Shown piece by piece: positions 8,693 to 19,020 of a stretch of DNA of 64,000 nucleotides. Source of the stretch: a bacterium (lineage in GTDB: Bacteria; Patescibacteriota; Patescibacteriia; HK-STAS-PATE-3); assembly GCA_043800725.1 (NCBI GenBank), contig JAZDMR010000011.1, forward strand, positions 21,369-85,368, written 5' to 3'. The notes below the pieces were generated by a model that saw nothing but the letters and a program-made list of their open reading frames with translations, did not search any database and was not told where the DNA came from. Within the stretch, counting starts at the first letter, position 1, and each line of letters begins with the position of its first letter. A program made the position numbers and the translations under genes.

Positions 8693-10029
8693 TAGTTAAT
8701 TTTTACTTTTCGGATTGATGTTCTGATGGCGCAACCCACGAAATCATAGCGCTCGCGTAGCATTTTTTCAACAAAAGACAAATAGGATATATTTAAGTCT
8801 TCTTTGGGTCCGATGGTTATCAGAAACCTTGGCGGGGCAGTGCCGATTTGCTCCAACTTTCTGATTCGGGGGTATTTGGTACCTTTCCCGCGAGTCGGAG
8901 GATGGCGCTGGATAATGTCTTTTAGCAAGCGATTTAAGTCTGTTTGCTCGATCTGCCGTTGGTAATTAATCCAAGCAAAGCTGGCTTGAGTCAGTAGGTC
9001 GTGTACTCTGGTTTTATTGGTAGCAGAAGTAAAGACGATCGGTGCCCAGTTTAAAAAATTGAAAGTACTGATCAGGGCCAGCTGGTATTGTCTCAAGCTC
9101 TGAGCGTCTTTATTCGGGATCAGATCCCATTTATTAGCGGCGATAATGACACACTTATTTGCTTCCAGTATTTGATTAACAATTTCTCGGTCTTGAGCAG
9201 AAAGATTTTCACTCAGGTCCAATACCAAAATAACAACCTGGGCCAGACTAATAGCTAGCTGTGACATGCGGCTGCCTTCATATTCCAGCGAGCTGCGGAG
9301 GATTTTGGTTCTGCGCCGAAGGCCGGCGGTGTCGATCAAGATGTAGTCTTTATCTTTCCATTTAAAAGGAATTTCCAGGGCATCCCGGGTAGTGAAAGGT
9401 TCCGGGCTGACCAAAACTCTTTGGTCATTAAGAATACCATTTATCAGGGACGATTTGCCCACGTTTGGCTTCCCCACAAAAGCGATTTTTAGTCCGGTCG
9501 GCGGTTCAAATTTCTTTGATGATTTTTTAGCCAATTGCCCAACAATCACGTCCAGCAGATCGCCGCTGCTTCGGCCATTCATAGCAGAGACATAATTCGG
9601 TTCGCCAAATCCCAAACGCCCAACTTCTGGAGGCACTTGCCGCTGGGCATTAATATTTTCAATTTTATTAGCAACCAAGATAGCCGGGATTTTATTCTTG
9701 CGAAGCCAGCGGACGAATTCTTGATCTTCCTGGGTTAATTCCTGACGGCCATCAACCAGTAAAAGTACCAGGTCAGCCTGTTTAACGGTTTTTTCCGTTC
9801 GATCTCGGACAGCCCTTTCCATAACGTCGGATTTATTTACAGTCCAGCCGCCAGTGTCGATCAGGCCAAATGATTTGTCGCGCCATTCAATATAAGCTTG
9901 GTTACTGTCACGGGTAGTGCCGGCAATATTCGTAACAATGGCTTTTTGCGATTCAGTCAGACGATTAAACAAGCGTGATTTTCCCACGTTGGTTCTCCCG
10001 ACAATGGCTACTTGGGGGATCTTGGTCAT
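8692..10029 (-). CDS. der: ribosome-associated GTPase Der (EngA)
   Basis: two tandem GTPase domains with Walker A motifs GRTNVGKS and GKPNVGKS, plus a C-terminal KH-like domain. Confidence 0.9.
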   Translation of the reverse strand: MTKIPQVAIVGRTNVGKSRLFNRLTESQKAIVTNIAGTTRDSNQAYIEWRDKSFGLIDTGGWTVNKSDVMERAVRDRTEKTVKQADLVLLLVDGRQELTQEDQEFVRWLRKNKIPAILVANKIENINAQRQVPPEVGRLGFGEPNYVSAMNGRSSGDLLDVIVGQLAKKSSKKFEPPTGLKIAFVGKPNVGKSSLINGILNDQRVLVSPEPFTTRDALEIPFKWKDKDYILIDTAGLRRRTKILRSSLEYEGSRMSQLAISLAQVVILVLDLSENLSAQDREIVNQILEANKCVIIAANKWDLIPNKDAQSLRQYQLALISTFNFLNWAPIVFTSATNKTRVHDLLTQASFAWINYQRQIEQTDLNRLLKDIIQRHPPTRGKGTKYPRIRKLEQIGTAPPRFLITIGPKEDLNISYLSFVEKMLRERYDFVGCAIRTSIRKVKIN

Positions 10030-10038
10030 TATTTTACT

Positions 10039-11532
10039 TTAACCTGAAGAAATCTGATTTTGGAGAAGGCTGAGCTGGCTTTCATTGCCCAGGATCAATA
10101 AAAAGTCCGGCATAGAACCGCTTATAGAATCTACGTCCAAGCCCAGTGATTGGACAGTAAAGTCAGAGCTAGGCAGCGAATCTGGGGCAAGATAAAGCGG
10201 AACCGTGGCAGGTATTTGAGCGTCTGGATAAGCTCTTTTGAGAATATTAAGCATTTCCGGCCTAGTGCCGTTTGTGAAATCATAGATCAGTGTTGTCTGG
10301 TGGTCCCGCGCGGAAGCATTCTCATATCTAATCACTTCAAAACCAAGGTGTTCTAGCAATTGCGAAGTTTGACTGGCCAGACCGACTCGATTGGTTCCAT
10401 TTTGGACAATAATGCTGGCTGTCTCAGTTTTACTTTGGTTGACTTTAAAAATATTATTAGCGATTTCCTGAACTTCAGACCAATCATCCCAGCCAGCTTT
10501 AGGTCGCAGGATGTAGGCTCCATCAGGGGTTGAGTCGGCCATAAAGGGGCTTTCAATACCGCTATCCAAAACCACATTGTTTATTGTTTTGGTGTTAAAA
10601 TCTTCTATCAAAGAAGCCAACCGAAGAATTTCCCAAAGCTCTAAGTTGGTTCTGGTGTGAGCGCCTAAGTCATCCAGCACATCAGAAATTTTTACAGGAT
10701 TTAGCAGCGTGCCAAAGCTCATGGCCTTTTCCCTGATGCCCAAGAGCACTTGCTGCTGTCTTTTTGAGCGGTCGAAGTCAGAAGTGCTTTTTCGGGAGCG
10801 GACATATTTTAGAGCTTGGTCGCCGTCCATTTCTTGGACACCAGCCTGAAAGCCGATAGTTTGGTAGCCGTAATTTTCAGTGGGATAGAGGCTGTCGACA
10901 AATGATTTTTCTACATCAATGGTAATGCCTCCCAGGTCGTCAACAGTTTTTTCAAAACCGGAAAAATCAATCCTGGCGTAATATGAAATCGGCATATCAA
11001 GAATCTCACTGACAACTTCAGCAGTGAGCGATTCTCCTCCGCCTGGGTAGTCGTCAATTAAACCGAAGGCATTCGCATTGTTGATTTTGCGATAGTTGTA
11101 GCCCGGGATGGGTACGTATAAGTCACGAGGAATAGACAGCATAGCCAGCTGACCAGTGGACGGTTTGATGCTTACTAGAATAATTGTATCAGCTAAATAA
11201 GCGCCGTCGTGACCCTCGCCTCCGATGCCTAATAGTAATATGTTGATGCGGTCGCTAGACTCGCCCAATAGCGGTTGATCACGATTGGCAACCAGCTCGC
11301 TTAAATGTTGGAACAGGCTTAATGATTCTTCACCAATGGCTGGCTGGTTATTATTAGGGTCTATCACCCGGGAAAAAGTGGCAAAGCTTACTGAGAGGCC
11401 GACTAGGACCGTTAAACCGATAAAAAAGCTCTTATCAAAAAAGTGAGACTCCTTTACTGGGGCAGAAGGAGCTGTTTTACCTTGGGTTTTTTTAGGCGGT
11501 ATTTTTTTTGCCTTGGAAATCGTTTTAGTCAT
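10039..11532 (-). CDS. LytR-CpsA-Psr (LCP) family cell-envelope protein
   Basis: N-terminal TM; LCP core 'ILLLGIGGEGHDGAYLADTIILVSI...LSIPRDLYVPIPGY'. Confidence 0.8.
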   Translation of the reverse strand: MTKTISKAKKIPPKKTQGKTAPSAPVKESHFFDKSFFIGLTVLVGLSVSFATFSRVIDPNNNQPAIGEESLSLFQHLSELVANRDQPLLGESSDRINILLLGIGGEGHDGAYLADTIILVSIKPSTGQLAMLSIPRDLYVPIPGYNYRKINNANAFGLIDDYPGGGESLTAEVVSEILDMPISYYARIDFSGFEKTVDDLGGITIDVEKSFVDSLYPTENYGYQTIGFQAGVQEMDGDQALKYVRSRKSTSDFDRSKRQQQVLLGIREKAMSFGTLLNPVKISDVLDDLGAHTRTNLELWEILRLASLIEDFNTKTINNVVLDSGIESPFMADSTPDGAYILRPKAGWDDWSEVQEIANNIFKVNQSKTETASIIVQNGTNRVGLASQTSQLLEHLGFEVIRYENASARDHQTTLIYDFTNGTRPEMLNILKRAYPDAQIPATVPLYLAPDSLPSSDFTVQSLGLDVDSISGSMPDFLLILGNESQLSLLQNQISSG

Positions 11533-11900
11533 GGATAATATTGCGTCTTAAGCTATCGTACGATGATAATACTTCCTCGTCAACGATGATTAGTTCAAGC
11601 GATGGATATTATTAATGGCGCAAAAAAGGAAATATATGACAATACGGCGTAATTATTGGTCGATATTATGAATATTAACCATGCTTAGGATGTTTTTAAA
11701 ATTACCAAAAAATCACTAAATATCAAAGAGAAAAGCAGAATATTATCAAAAAATAAGTAAAAACTTAGTATTTATCAAGAGTGATTTATTCTGAAATTAT
11801 CCATGATAAGCAAGGGATTGCCGCATAATCGATTGGTTGCTAGGGCCTGGTTTAGGATCCCCTAGAGCGGAGCGGCGGGCCGATTAGTGCTACAATACAA

Positions 11901-12611
11901 TTGATGGAAAAAGTTAATGTTTCAATAATAGTGCCTTGTCGTAATGAGGCGTCAACAATTGAGCGGGAAGCAGAAAAGTGTTTCCAGGCTGTAAAGCCTT
12001 TAACCGAGCGTTTTGAATTTCTGGTTATAAATGATGCCAGCCAAGACGGTAGCGGGGAAATACTGGATCGGTTGGCCCGGAAACACACGGAGATGTCTGT
12101 TATTCATCATGAGAGAAGCAAAGGCATTGCCAGCACTTTGACTGAGCTTTATGATTGGGCATCTCAGGACTATGTTTTGAATTTCAGTTTTAACGGCGAA
12201 TGGGAGACTGATGATTTAGCCAAGATTATAAAAACCAGAGATCAGGCGGATATTATTGTGGGCAAGAGGCAGACCAGGCACTATTCTTTTTATCGGGCCA
12301 TTGTTTCCCAGATTTATAATGATTTTTCCAAAGCGATTTTCGGAGTAGCCACTTATGATGCGGGCAGTATCAAGTTATTTCCCCAGAAGGCACTAAAGTC
12401 TGCCCGGCCCAGGTCAAAAAGCAGATTTGCTGATGCTGAACGGATGATCTTAGCCGGCAAAATAGGCTATACTATCAAACCGATCCCGATCCAGAACTAT
12501 CCAGGCGGCAAACAGAATCGCTTCGGCAGTGGGCCCGGCGCGGTTCTCAAATCATTTATTGATATGATACGAATGTGGGCCAGGTTTTATATCCCCAGCC
12601 GCCCTCGCTAG
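11901..12611 (+). CDS. family 2 glycosyltransferase
   Basis: 'VSIIVPCRNEASTIE' and 'VINDASQDGSGEIL' GT-A fold motifs. Confidence 0.75.
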   Translation: MMEKVNVSIIVPCRNEASTIEREAEKCFQAVKPLTERFEFLVINDASQDGSGEILDRLARKHTEMSVIHHERSKGIASTLTELYDWASQDYVLNFSFNGEWETDDLAKIIKTRDQADIIVGKRQTRHYSFYRAIVSQIYNDFSKAIFGVATYDAGSIKLFPQKALKSARPRSKSRFADAERMILAGKIGYTIKPIPIQNYPGGKQNRFGSGPGAVLKSFIDMIRMWARFYIPSRPR

Positions 12612-12614
12612 CAT

Positions 12615-13109
12615 ATGAAAAATATTTATCTTACCCCCAAAGACATTAGCCAGTTTTCTGATCTGGTGGCCAAGCTGCGCCAGCAAAATTATTGGCTGCC
12701 GGAGCGGGCCTTTGAGCTGATGCATCGGGCCATGTCCTGGTGGGCGGCTGAGATCGTTATTATGCGGAAAGGCGGCAAAGAGGTGCTGTTGACTCTTTAC
12801 ACTGGCAAATATTTCAAGGGCCAATGGCACATCCCGGGCGGCTTCAGTATCCGCGATGAGTCGCTGGAACAGCATGTCGACAGAATTTCCCGGCGCGAGA
12901 TCGGCCAGAGTGTTAAGTTCAAGAAAGTATTGAGTACTTATAAATGGAAAGCAAATGAACACCCGATCGGCCGGCCCTTGTCCGTGTTTTGCCTGTGCCA
13001 GCCCGCCAAAAAGATTATAGAAACAGACGAGATGAAGTGGTTCCCGATCAAAAAGCTGCCCTCGACCATGATTGGGTGTCAGAAGCGGTTTTTGCAAACC
13101 CTGAAATAA
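12615..13109 (+). CDS. hypothetical protein with a partial NUDIX-like box; GC-rich
   Basis: 'GGFSIRDESLEQHVDRISRREIGQ' loosely fits G-x5-E-x7-RE..E.G; starts 4 nt after the GT2 stop. Confidence 0.4.
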   Translation: MKNIYLTPKDISQFSDLVAKLRQQNYWLPERAFELMHRAMSWWAAEIVIMRKGGKEVLLTLYTGKYFKGQWHIPGGFSIRDESLEQHVDRISRREIGQSVKFKKVLSTYKWKANEHPIGRPLSVFCLCQPAKKIIETDEMKWFPIKKLPSTMIGCQKRFLQTLK

Positions 13110-13286
13110 AAACAAGACGGCGATTCTAGCTAATATCGAAAATGTCGTTAAGGTTAAGTGTTCACTTCTATCTTAACCCTTGTTCCATGGTAGTTAGAAT
13201 CGCCTTCTACATATGGGCGTTATATTCTCATTACAAATGCGACATAGGTTAGAATATTAGTAAACCTAATTACTAATCTAAGCCAT

Positions 13287-13868
13287 ATGTCGCATATAAA
13301 TGATTCTATCACCAAAATTAAGATTTGTTGGAGCCTGTATCAGAATGGAGTATCCCTGGAAAGGGTTCCAGATCAATTGGGCATTCATCGGGCGACTGTC
13401 TATCGGTGGATCTATGGGATTAAATTAAAAGGTATTAATAAGTTCATACAAGACTATCGGAACGCCAAGAAAGGCAGACGTCAGCCTCGAAAAACAGATC
13501 CTGTGATTAAGGCTCGTATTTATGCCATTCGTGACGAGTACAAGAGATGTTGTGGTGAAAAGATCCGTTTCATTCTCAAGCGTGATTACGATACTGCTAT
13601 TGGCACAGCAACCATCTACCGTATCTTAGGAGAAAAGTACCAATTACGAGGTAAATGGAAGAAATACAGCAAAAGAGGCTTTGTTAGAAAAGGCCTAAAA
13701 CCAAGGGAAGTTATTCAAACGGATACTGTTGATCTGGGTAGTCTCTATGCTTTCACCGCTATTGATACATTCACAAAAGAAGCCAGCTTTATGTTTTGCG
13801 TTCATTATGCATATGGTGATAAATGCGCCACATGGATATGTCGATGGGACTGTTCTGTTCTTTGTTAA
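13287..13868 (+). pseudogene. truncated IS481/IS3-like DDE transposase fragment (HTH + start of the integrase core)
   Basis: 'HRATVYRW' HTH and 'VIQTDTVDLGSLYAFTAIDTFTKEA' at the start of the DDE core, then the frame ends with most of the integrase (rve) core missing. Confidence 0.55.
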
Positions 13869-14044
13869 TCTGGGTTTTGGTGCAATTGGCTTGATTTTGG
13901 GGGCTGGGATTCGTTGGTTTATTTGGAGCGCTCCCTTTGCTCTCCTTGCTGAAATTAAACAGAGACGAAAAGTCAAGTAGCTTGTTAGCATGAACCTAGA
14001 GCAACACAGCCGTATGTTTTCCTGACTGGAGAATGTGCGGCTTT

Positions 14045-14581
14045 TTATTTTAATAGCTGCCAATTCATATACACATACGGCGGCTGGCCATATTTTTCCG
14101 GTAGGCCGTGTTTGCGATAATTAAATTGGATGTAGCGAAGGGTGTTGTAATAACGTTCTGGTGTATCAACAATGCGGAAGTTATATCTGGGTTGCCAGAT
14201 CCGGCCTTGGTGAATGGAACGGGAAAAGGTGCCTTTGATGGATTGCATTAAACCGGATATGTAGCGGTCATCACAGCGCGGCATACAGCGCACCTTAGAA
14301 AAAGTGCGCTGTGGGGATGGGGAAGATTGTGGGGGCGGGGAACACCATTCATTGTCACAGCGCAGTCTTTCCAGGCTGCGCTGGGGTTTTACCAGCAGGT
14401 GTAAATGATCCGGAAGAATGCAAAAAGCCAGCAAATCGAATTTCTTAAGATCGCAAGCGTTGAATATTATCTTATTCAACCGTCCTGCCATCTCCACATT
14501 TTCAAACACCCGCTGACGATACGTAGTCACTGCCGTAATAAAATACGGGTATTCGTTTTGGTAGATCAGACGCTGTGTCAC
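14045..14581 (-). mobile_element. REP-associated tyrosine transposase (RAYT) / IS200-like TnpA
   Basis: HuH motif 'ILPDHLHLLV', N-terminal 'YFITAVTTYRQRVF', C-terminal 'YIQFNYRKHGL' (RAYT Y-x-x-N-x-x-K-x-G-L). Confidence 0.7.
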
Positions 14582-14711
14582 AAAAAGGCGGCCTCCCTGG
14601 CCACCTCATGTCGATTGAATGTTATTCTATTGGTTTGGTTGCGTCAAGAAAAGACCGCTCCTTGCAAGAAGAAGCGGTCAGGGTGATGTACAGTAGATAA
14701 CCATAAGGCGC

Positions 14712-15050
14712 TTAGAAGACACGTGGCCGCATAACATGACCGCACTTATCGCACTTTTTAATAACCCGCTTACCTTCCCGGAAAGTTCTCTCAAGTATCA
14801 AAGGAAAGTAAGCATTGCAACGATTGCACGCATGACCGAGTCTTTGTATAGGCAGATCAAAAAAATTTGGTAGCTGTGGCTGTGGTTTCGGGATGACAAT
14901 GACTTCTTTTGAACCGAATGGCAGCCAGGTACGGTGTTCCTCAATCCAGTAACCAGTTCGTTTACCAGTTCCGCCTCCGCCTATTCCTCCATTTGGCATC
15001 TTGGGTGAAGCTGGCTTGTCTCCATTATGAGTTACGGGTTGTAATGGCAT
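14712..15050 (-). CDS. hypothetical protein with a C-terminal CxxC...CxxC zinc-ribbon
   Basis: 'CNRCN...CDKCGH'; lies upstream of the RAYT gene on the same strand. Confidence 0.4.
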   Translation of the reverse strand: MPLQPVTHNGDKPASPKMPNGGIGGGGTGKRTGYWIEEHRTWLPFGSKEVIVIPKPQPQLPNFFDLPIQRLGHACNRCNAYFPLILERTFREGKRVIKKCDKCGHVMRPRVF

Positions 15051-15173
15051 GTGACCCCCTTAGGTTTATGGCCAATTTTATCAAGAACAAATTTCGCGCT
15101 TACCTTAGTCTTTCAAAGCCGGATTGTCAATTCTGAAAGAAATATGCTTAGTTTGGTGTAATATAATAAGAGT

Positions 15174-15746
15174 ATGACTGATTACTCAAGTTTTCGCGAT
15201 GAGGAGCTGGTAGTCGTGATTCGCGATTCGAACCAAGAGCTCTACCGCCTGATCGTGGAGCGGTATGAAACAAAACTTCGCCGTTATGCGATGACTTTCT
15301 TGCGCGATTCTGACCGGGCTGAAGATGTTTTACAAAACGCGTTTATCAAGGCTTACATAAATTTGAAGGGCTTCAATACCAAGAAAAAGTTTTCCTCCTG
15401 GATTTACCGGATTGTTCACAACGAAGCCGTTAACGAGCTGAAAAAACACAAACAGGAAACATCCATGGAAGATGTGCCTGAGATAAAAAATATTCGTGAT
15501 AATGGTGAAGACATTCACAGCCAGGTGGAAAAGCAGGAGATGGCGGACATGCTTAAGAAAAATTTAAATCAGCTATCAATTAAATATCGCGAGCCCCTGG
15601 TGCTTTATTATTTAGAAGAGCGGGCCTATGAAGAAATCAGCGATATTCTGCGCCTGCCTATCGGCACGGTCGGCACCAGAATCAATCGGGGTAAAAAATT
15701 ATTAAGAGCTATTTATGAACGACAAACCCAAGCCAACCCTAGCTGA
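15174..15746 (+). CDS. ECF-type RNA polymerase sigma-70 factor
   Basis: region 2 'FIKAYINLKGF..WIYRIVHNEAV' and region 4 'AYEEISDILRLPIGTVGTRINRGKKLL'. Confidence 0.85.
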   Translation: MTDYSSFRDEELVVVIRDSNQELYRLIVERYETKLRRYAMTFLRDSDRAEDVLQNAFIKAYINLKGFNTKKKFSSWIYRIVHNEAVNELKKHKQETSMEDVPEIKNIRDNGEDIHSQVEKQEMADMLKKNLNQLSIKYREPLVLYYLEERAYEEISDILRLPIGTVGTRINRGKKLLRAIYERQTQANPS

Positions 15747-16458
15747 CAAGATCAGCCAAGAGATAACCGAGCAAAAAATTCACATGCGCTCAAAAACTTA
15801 TTTTGTGCTGGGCTCTTTGGCTTTAGGCGCTGGCTTGGCTGGCGTGTTTCTAATTACTATGTTTTTCATTGGAATTATCTTTTTCCGGCTAAGGGTTCAT
15901 GCGCCGCATGTTTATTTACGGCCGGATTTGGGGAGTCTTGGGCCTTTTATCCAGAACATGCCTTGGCTGCCTTTAATCGTTGCCGTGGTGGGATTGGGTT
16001 TAGGTATTTGGCTGCTTCATAAATATGAATTCAGTTATAAAAAAGCCTGGAAAGGAATAATGATTGGTTTTGTGGGAGCAGGGTTGGTGACTGGTTTTGT
16101 ACTAGACGCAACTGGCTTGCCTGACCAAGCCAGGGAGCTGGAGATTTTCCGGCCGCTGATCGAGCAAGATTTTTCCGGTGACCAATGGGTGCTTGGCAAG
16201 GTTAGTGAATTGGATGATGAGCAGATTACCATTGTTCAGCCCAATGGACAAACGGTGATCGTGCTCTATGATGACCAAACGGTTTTTCGGCCTCCGATTC
16301 AAGTTCAGCTAAATGAATTCGTTCGGGTAATCGGCGATTTGGAAGACGGAAAGTATCTGGCTGAAGATATTATCCATGGACAACCGCCGCGGGGAATACG
16401 CATCCGGGCGATTAATATCAACAGCTATAATTTAAGGCCGAGTAATTTCAATAAATGA
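15715..16458 (+). CDS. membrane protein, putative anti-sigma factor
   Basis: overlaps the sigma-factor stop; several TM helices; no enzymatic motif. Confidence 0.45.
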   Translation: MNDKPKPTLADKISQEITEQKIHMRSKTYFVLGSLALGAGLAGVFLITMFFIGIIFFRLRVHAPHVYLRPDLGSLGPFIQNMPWLPLIVAVVGLGLGIWLLHKYEFSYKKAWKGIMIGFVGAGLVTGFVLDATGLPDQARELEIFRPLIEQDFSGDQWVLGKVSELDDEQITIVQPNGQTVIVLYDDQTVFRPPIQVQLNEFVRVIGDLEDGKYLAEDIIHGQPPRGIRIRAININSYNLRPSNFNK

Positions 16459-16498
16459 AATAAAACGGCACATATTATTGTAGTGTTAGTATAAACAC

Positions 16499-17164
16499 AT
16501 GAATATCATAGAAACGAAAGAAATCAGCCGAGTATTTGAAGATCAGGGCAAACAAGTGGTCGCTTTAAACAAAGTGTCATTTAAACTCCCCCAAGGCGAG
16601 AGCTTGAGCGTGATCGGACCATCTGGTTCAGGTAAATCAACTTTGTTGCATATTTTAGGCGGATTGGACACTCCTTCCTCAGGTAAGATTTTAATTAATG
16701 GTAAAAATCCCAAGGAGTTGAATGATACGGAGCTATCAGGCTTTCGCAATTCCACAATTGGTTTTGTGTTTCAGTTTTTTTATTTGCAAGATTTTCTATC
16801 GGCTGAGGAAAATATCGCTTTACCTTTGCTGATTAAAGGCGTGTCAACTAAGGAAGCTAAGGAACGGGCCAAGGAATTGGTTATTCAAGTAGGTTTGGCA
16901 GAGCGCAGAGATCATACGCCTAATAAGTTATCTGGCGGTGAACAGCAAAGAGTGGCGATTGCTCGTGCCTTGGTTAACGATCCCAAGGTTATTTTGGCTG
17001 ATGAGCCAACCGGTAATCTGGACCAGGAAAACGCCGGCAGGATTTTTTCATTGTTAAAAGAAATTTCTGAAACAGGTGTCAGCGTAGTGGTGATTACTCA
17101 TGATCGTAATGTAACAAAGTATTTTCCAAAGACTTTTGAATTAACCAAGGGCCGGGCGAACTAA
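16499..17164 (+). CDS. ABC transporter ATP-binding protein (MacB/LolD-like)
   Basis: Walker A 'GPSGSGKST', signature '[15 protein letters not shown]', Walker B '[11 protein letters not shown]'. Confidence 0.9.
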   Translation: MNIIETKEISRVFEDQGKQVVALNKVSFKLPQGESLSVIGPSGSGKSTLLHILGGLDTPSSGKILINGKNPKELNDTELSGFRNSTIGFVFQFFYLQDFLSAEENIALPLLIKGVSTKEAKERAKELVIQVGLAERRDHTPNKLSGGEQQRVAIARALVNDPKVILADEPTGNLDQENAGRIFSLLKEISETGVSVVVITHDRNVTKYFPKTFELTKGRAN

Positions 17165-17165
17165 T

Positions 17166-19007
17166 ATGAAATTCGGCCAAGTATTTTCGTTAAATATTAA
17201 AAAGCTGAATAAACGCAAAGCCAAAGCGTCCTGGTTAATAATCCCGATCGCCGCTCTGGTTATGCTAAGCCTGCTGGTTTCGAGCCAAATAAAAAATATC
17301 CGGACCGCGGTTGATGAAAGCGTTTTCGGGACGGTAGATGAGCAGAATACTTTGATTAAACTTTCTAATAACCCCTTTACTCAAATTGGTCGAGGCCAGG
17401 GCTTTGGCGCTTTTAATATGGAGCAGCAAAATTATTCCGAGGCAGATATTGCGAATATTTCCGAGATAGCCAATGTTTCGCAGGCGGCTTTAGCTGTTGA
17501 GCTGCCGGTCAACCAAATAACTGCCGGCGGTTTGTTTGCTGGGACGGGTATCAACGTTCCTTTTGTGATCGGGTTAGACTCTGAATTCGCCAATTTGTAT
17601 ACCGATCAGAATTTTGCTTATATCCCAGGCCAGCCCGTGCCGATAATTCTCAATTCCCAGACTTTTACTCGGCTGACGGAAAATTGGGATGGACAAACCG
17701 AAATTACCATAGACTTCGATCCCGGAGATTTTCAGCGCGGAGGCGACCGTCAGGTAAGGGGGCGGATGTCCAGCGGACCGATTCAGTCGGAAATTATTGA
17801 TTATCAAAAAGATCAGCTGATCGGCAAAGAGATCACTCTTAGTTTTGGCGGCTTGGCAGACTTGCCAACCTATACGATTGAGCCGAATATCGGGGGAATG
17901 AAGTTTATTAAATATTCAGACGAGGAAATTGAGGCCAGCGCCAGCAGTCGTCGCGAAGCCATAGAGTCGTATTGGAATTACCAGGCGATTTCAGAGCCCT
18001 TAATCTATGATTTTCAAGTAGTGGGCGTAATTGAAGATCAGGGGGTACTCAATACTTATCTGCCGACTGAATTTGTTGCCACGGCAATGTCCGATTTGAC
18101 CGAACATCAACTGGCTGCCAGGACCGAAACGGAGATTCCCAGCGATGAATTAAACAATACTTTTACCGGTTTGCTGTTCGACGGTACAGAGCTGACTACT
18201 CAGGATGAATCCTTTGTTGGTCGGATACGGGGAGCGGCCGGAGCGGTCGCGCCAGGAGCCCGGATTGATTTTGGACAGGAGTCTGACAGTCAAACCAGCT
18301 ATGAAATTCCCGGACTGATTATTGAGACTGAACGGGTAAGCGATGAAGACAATTCTGTCAGCACGGGCGACGTGATTGGGTTATATACGTCAGCTGATGC
18401 GTATAATTTGGCGGCTCAGACCAGCGACACAGTATATATCAAAGTCGATTCGATCTTCAATCGGTCACAGGTGATTGATGACCTGAATGCGGCCGGCTAC
18501 ACTTATCAAGACTTAAGCGACCTGGACGTGTTTGATGAGCTGCAATCGACTTTGCAATGGGTGTCCAATATTACGATCATTGCTTTCATTTTCTTAAGCG
18601 TTATTATTATTATCTTTACCATGACCAAGTTTGTGTCTGAGTCGAAAAAGGAGATTGGTATTTATCGGGCCTTGGGCATGACCAAAGGGGGCATTAAGGC
18701 TTTATTCTCAGTCCAGGGATTGCTTTATACGGTAATTGGTTACCTAGTTGGCGGAGTATTGGGGTTATTGATTATGCCTCTGCTGGCTTCGCCGATTTAC
18801 AATTGGTTTGACGGCTTTCTTGAAAAAACAGTCCAAGAGTCGTTTAACGTGGTTAATACTGTTGACGTTGTTTTGTTCCGCACTGTCGACTGGTCCACCT
18901 TTGGTATTTATAGTGGTGTTCTGATTGTTATTGCTGTAATTACTGCCTTGATTCCTTCGAATCATGCGGCGAATATCGATCCAGTGGATGCGATCCGTAA
19001 TGAGTAA
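17166..19007 (+). CDS. ABC transporter permease, FtsX/MacB family
   Basis: N-terminal TM, large periplasmic domain, C-terminal FtsX-like 4-TM bundle. Confidence 0.75.
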   Translation: MKFGQVFSLNIKKLNKRKAKASWLIIPIAALVMLSLLVSSQIKNIRTAVDESVFGTVDEQNTLIKLSNNPFTQIGRGQGFGAFNMEQQNYSEADIANISEIANVSQAALAVELPVNQITAGGLFAGTGINVPFVIGLDSEFANLYTDQNFAYIPGQPVPIILNSQTFTRLTENWDGQTEITIDFDPGDFQRGGDRQVRGRMSSGPIQSEIIDYQKDQLIGKEITLSFGGLADLPTYTIEPNIGGMKFIKYSDEEIEASASSRREAIESYWNYQAISEPLIYDFQVVGVIEDQGVLNTYLPTEFVATAMSDLTEHQLAARTETEIPSDELNNTFTGLLFDGTELTTQDESFVGRIRGAAGAVAPGARIDFGQESDSQTSYEIPGLIIETERVSDEDNSVSTGDVIGLYTSADAYNLAAQTSDTVYIKVDSIFNRSQVIDDLNAAGYTYQDLSDLDVFDELQSTLQWVSNITIIAFIFLSVIIIIFTMTKFVSESKKEIGIYRALGMTKGGIKALFSVQGLLYTVIGYLVGGVLGLLIMPLLASPIYNWFDGFLEKTVQESFNVVNTVDVVLFRTVDWSTFGIYSGVLIVIAVITALIPSNHAANIDPVDAIRNE

Positions 19008-19020
19008 TTATTTATAAGGC

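Noticed and set aside
12552-13115. 187-aa minus-strand ORF overlapping 12615-13109(+)
   Set aside because: The region is GC-rich, so both strands are open. The plus-strand ORF follows the GT2 gene by 4 nt and has a NUDIX-like box, while the minus-strand product is G/P/H-rich with no motif.
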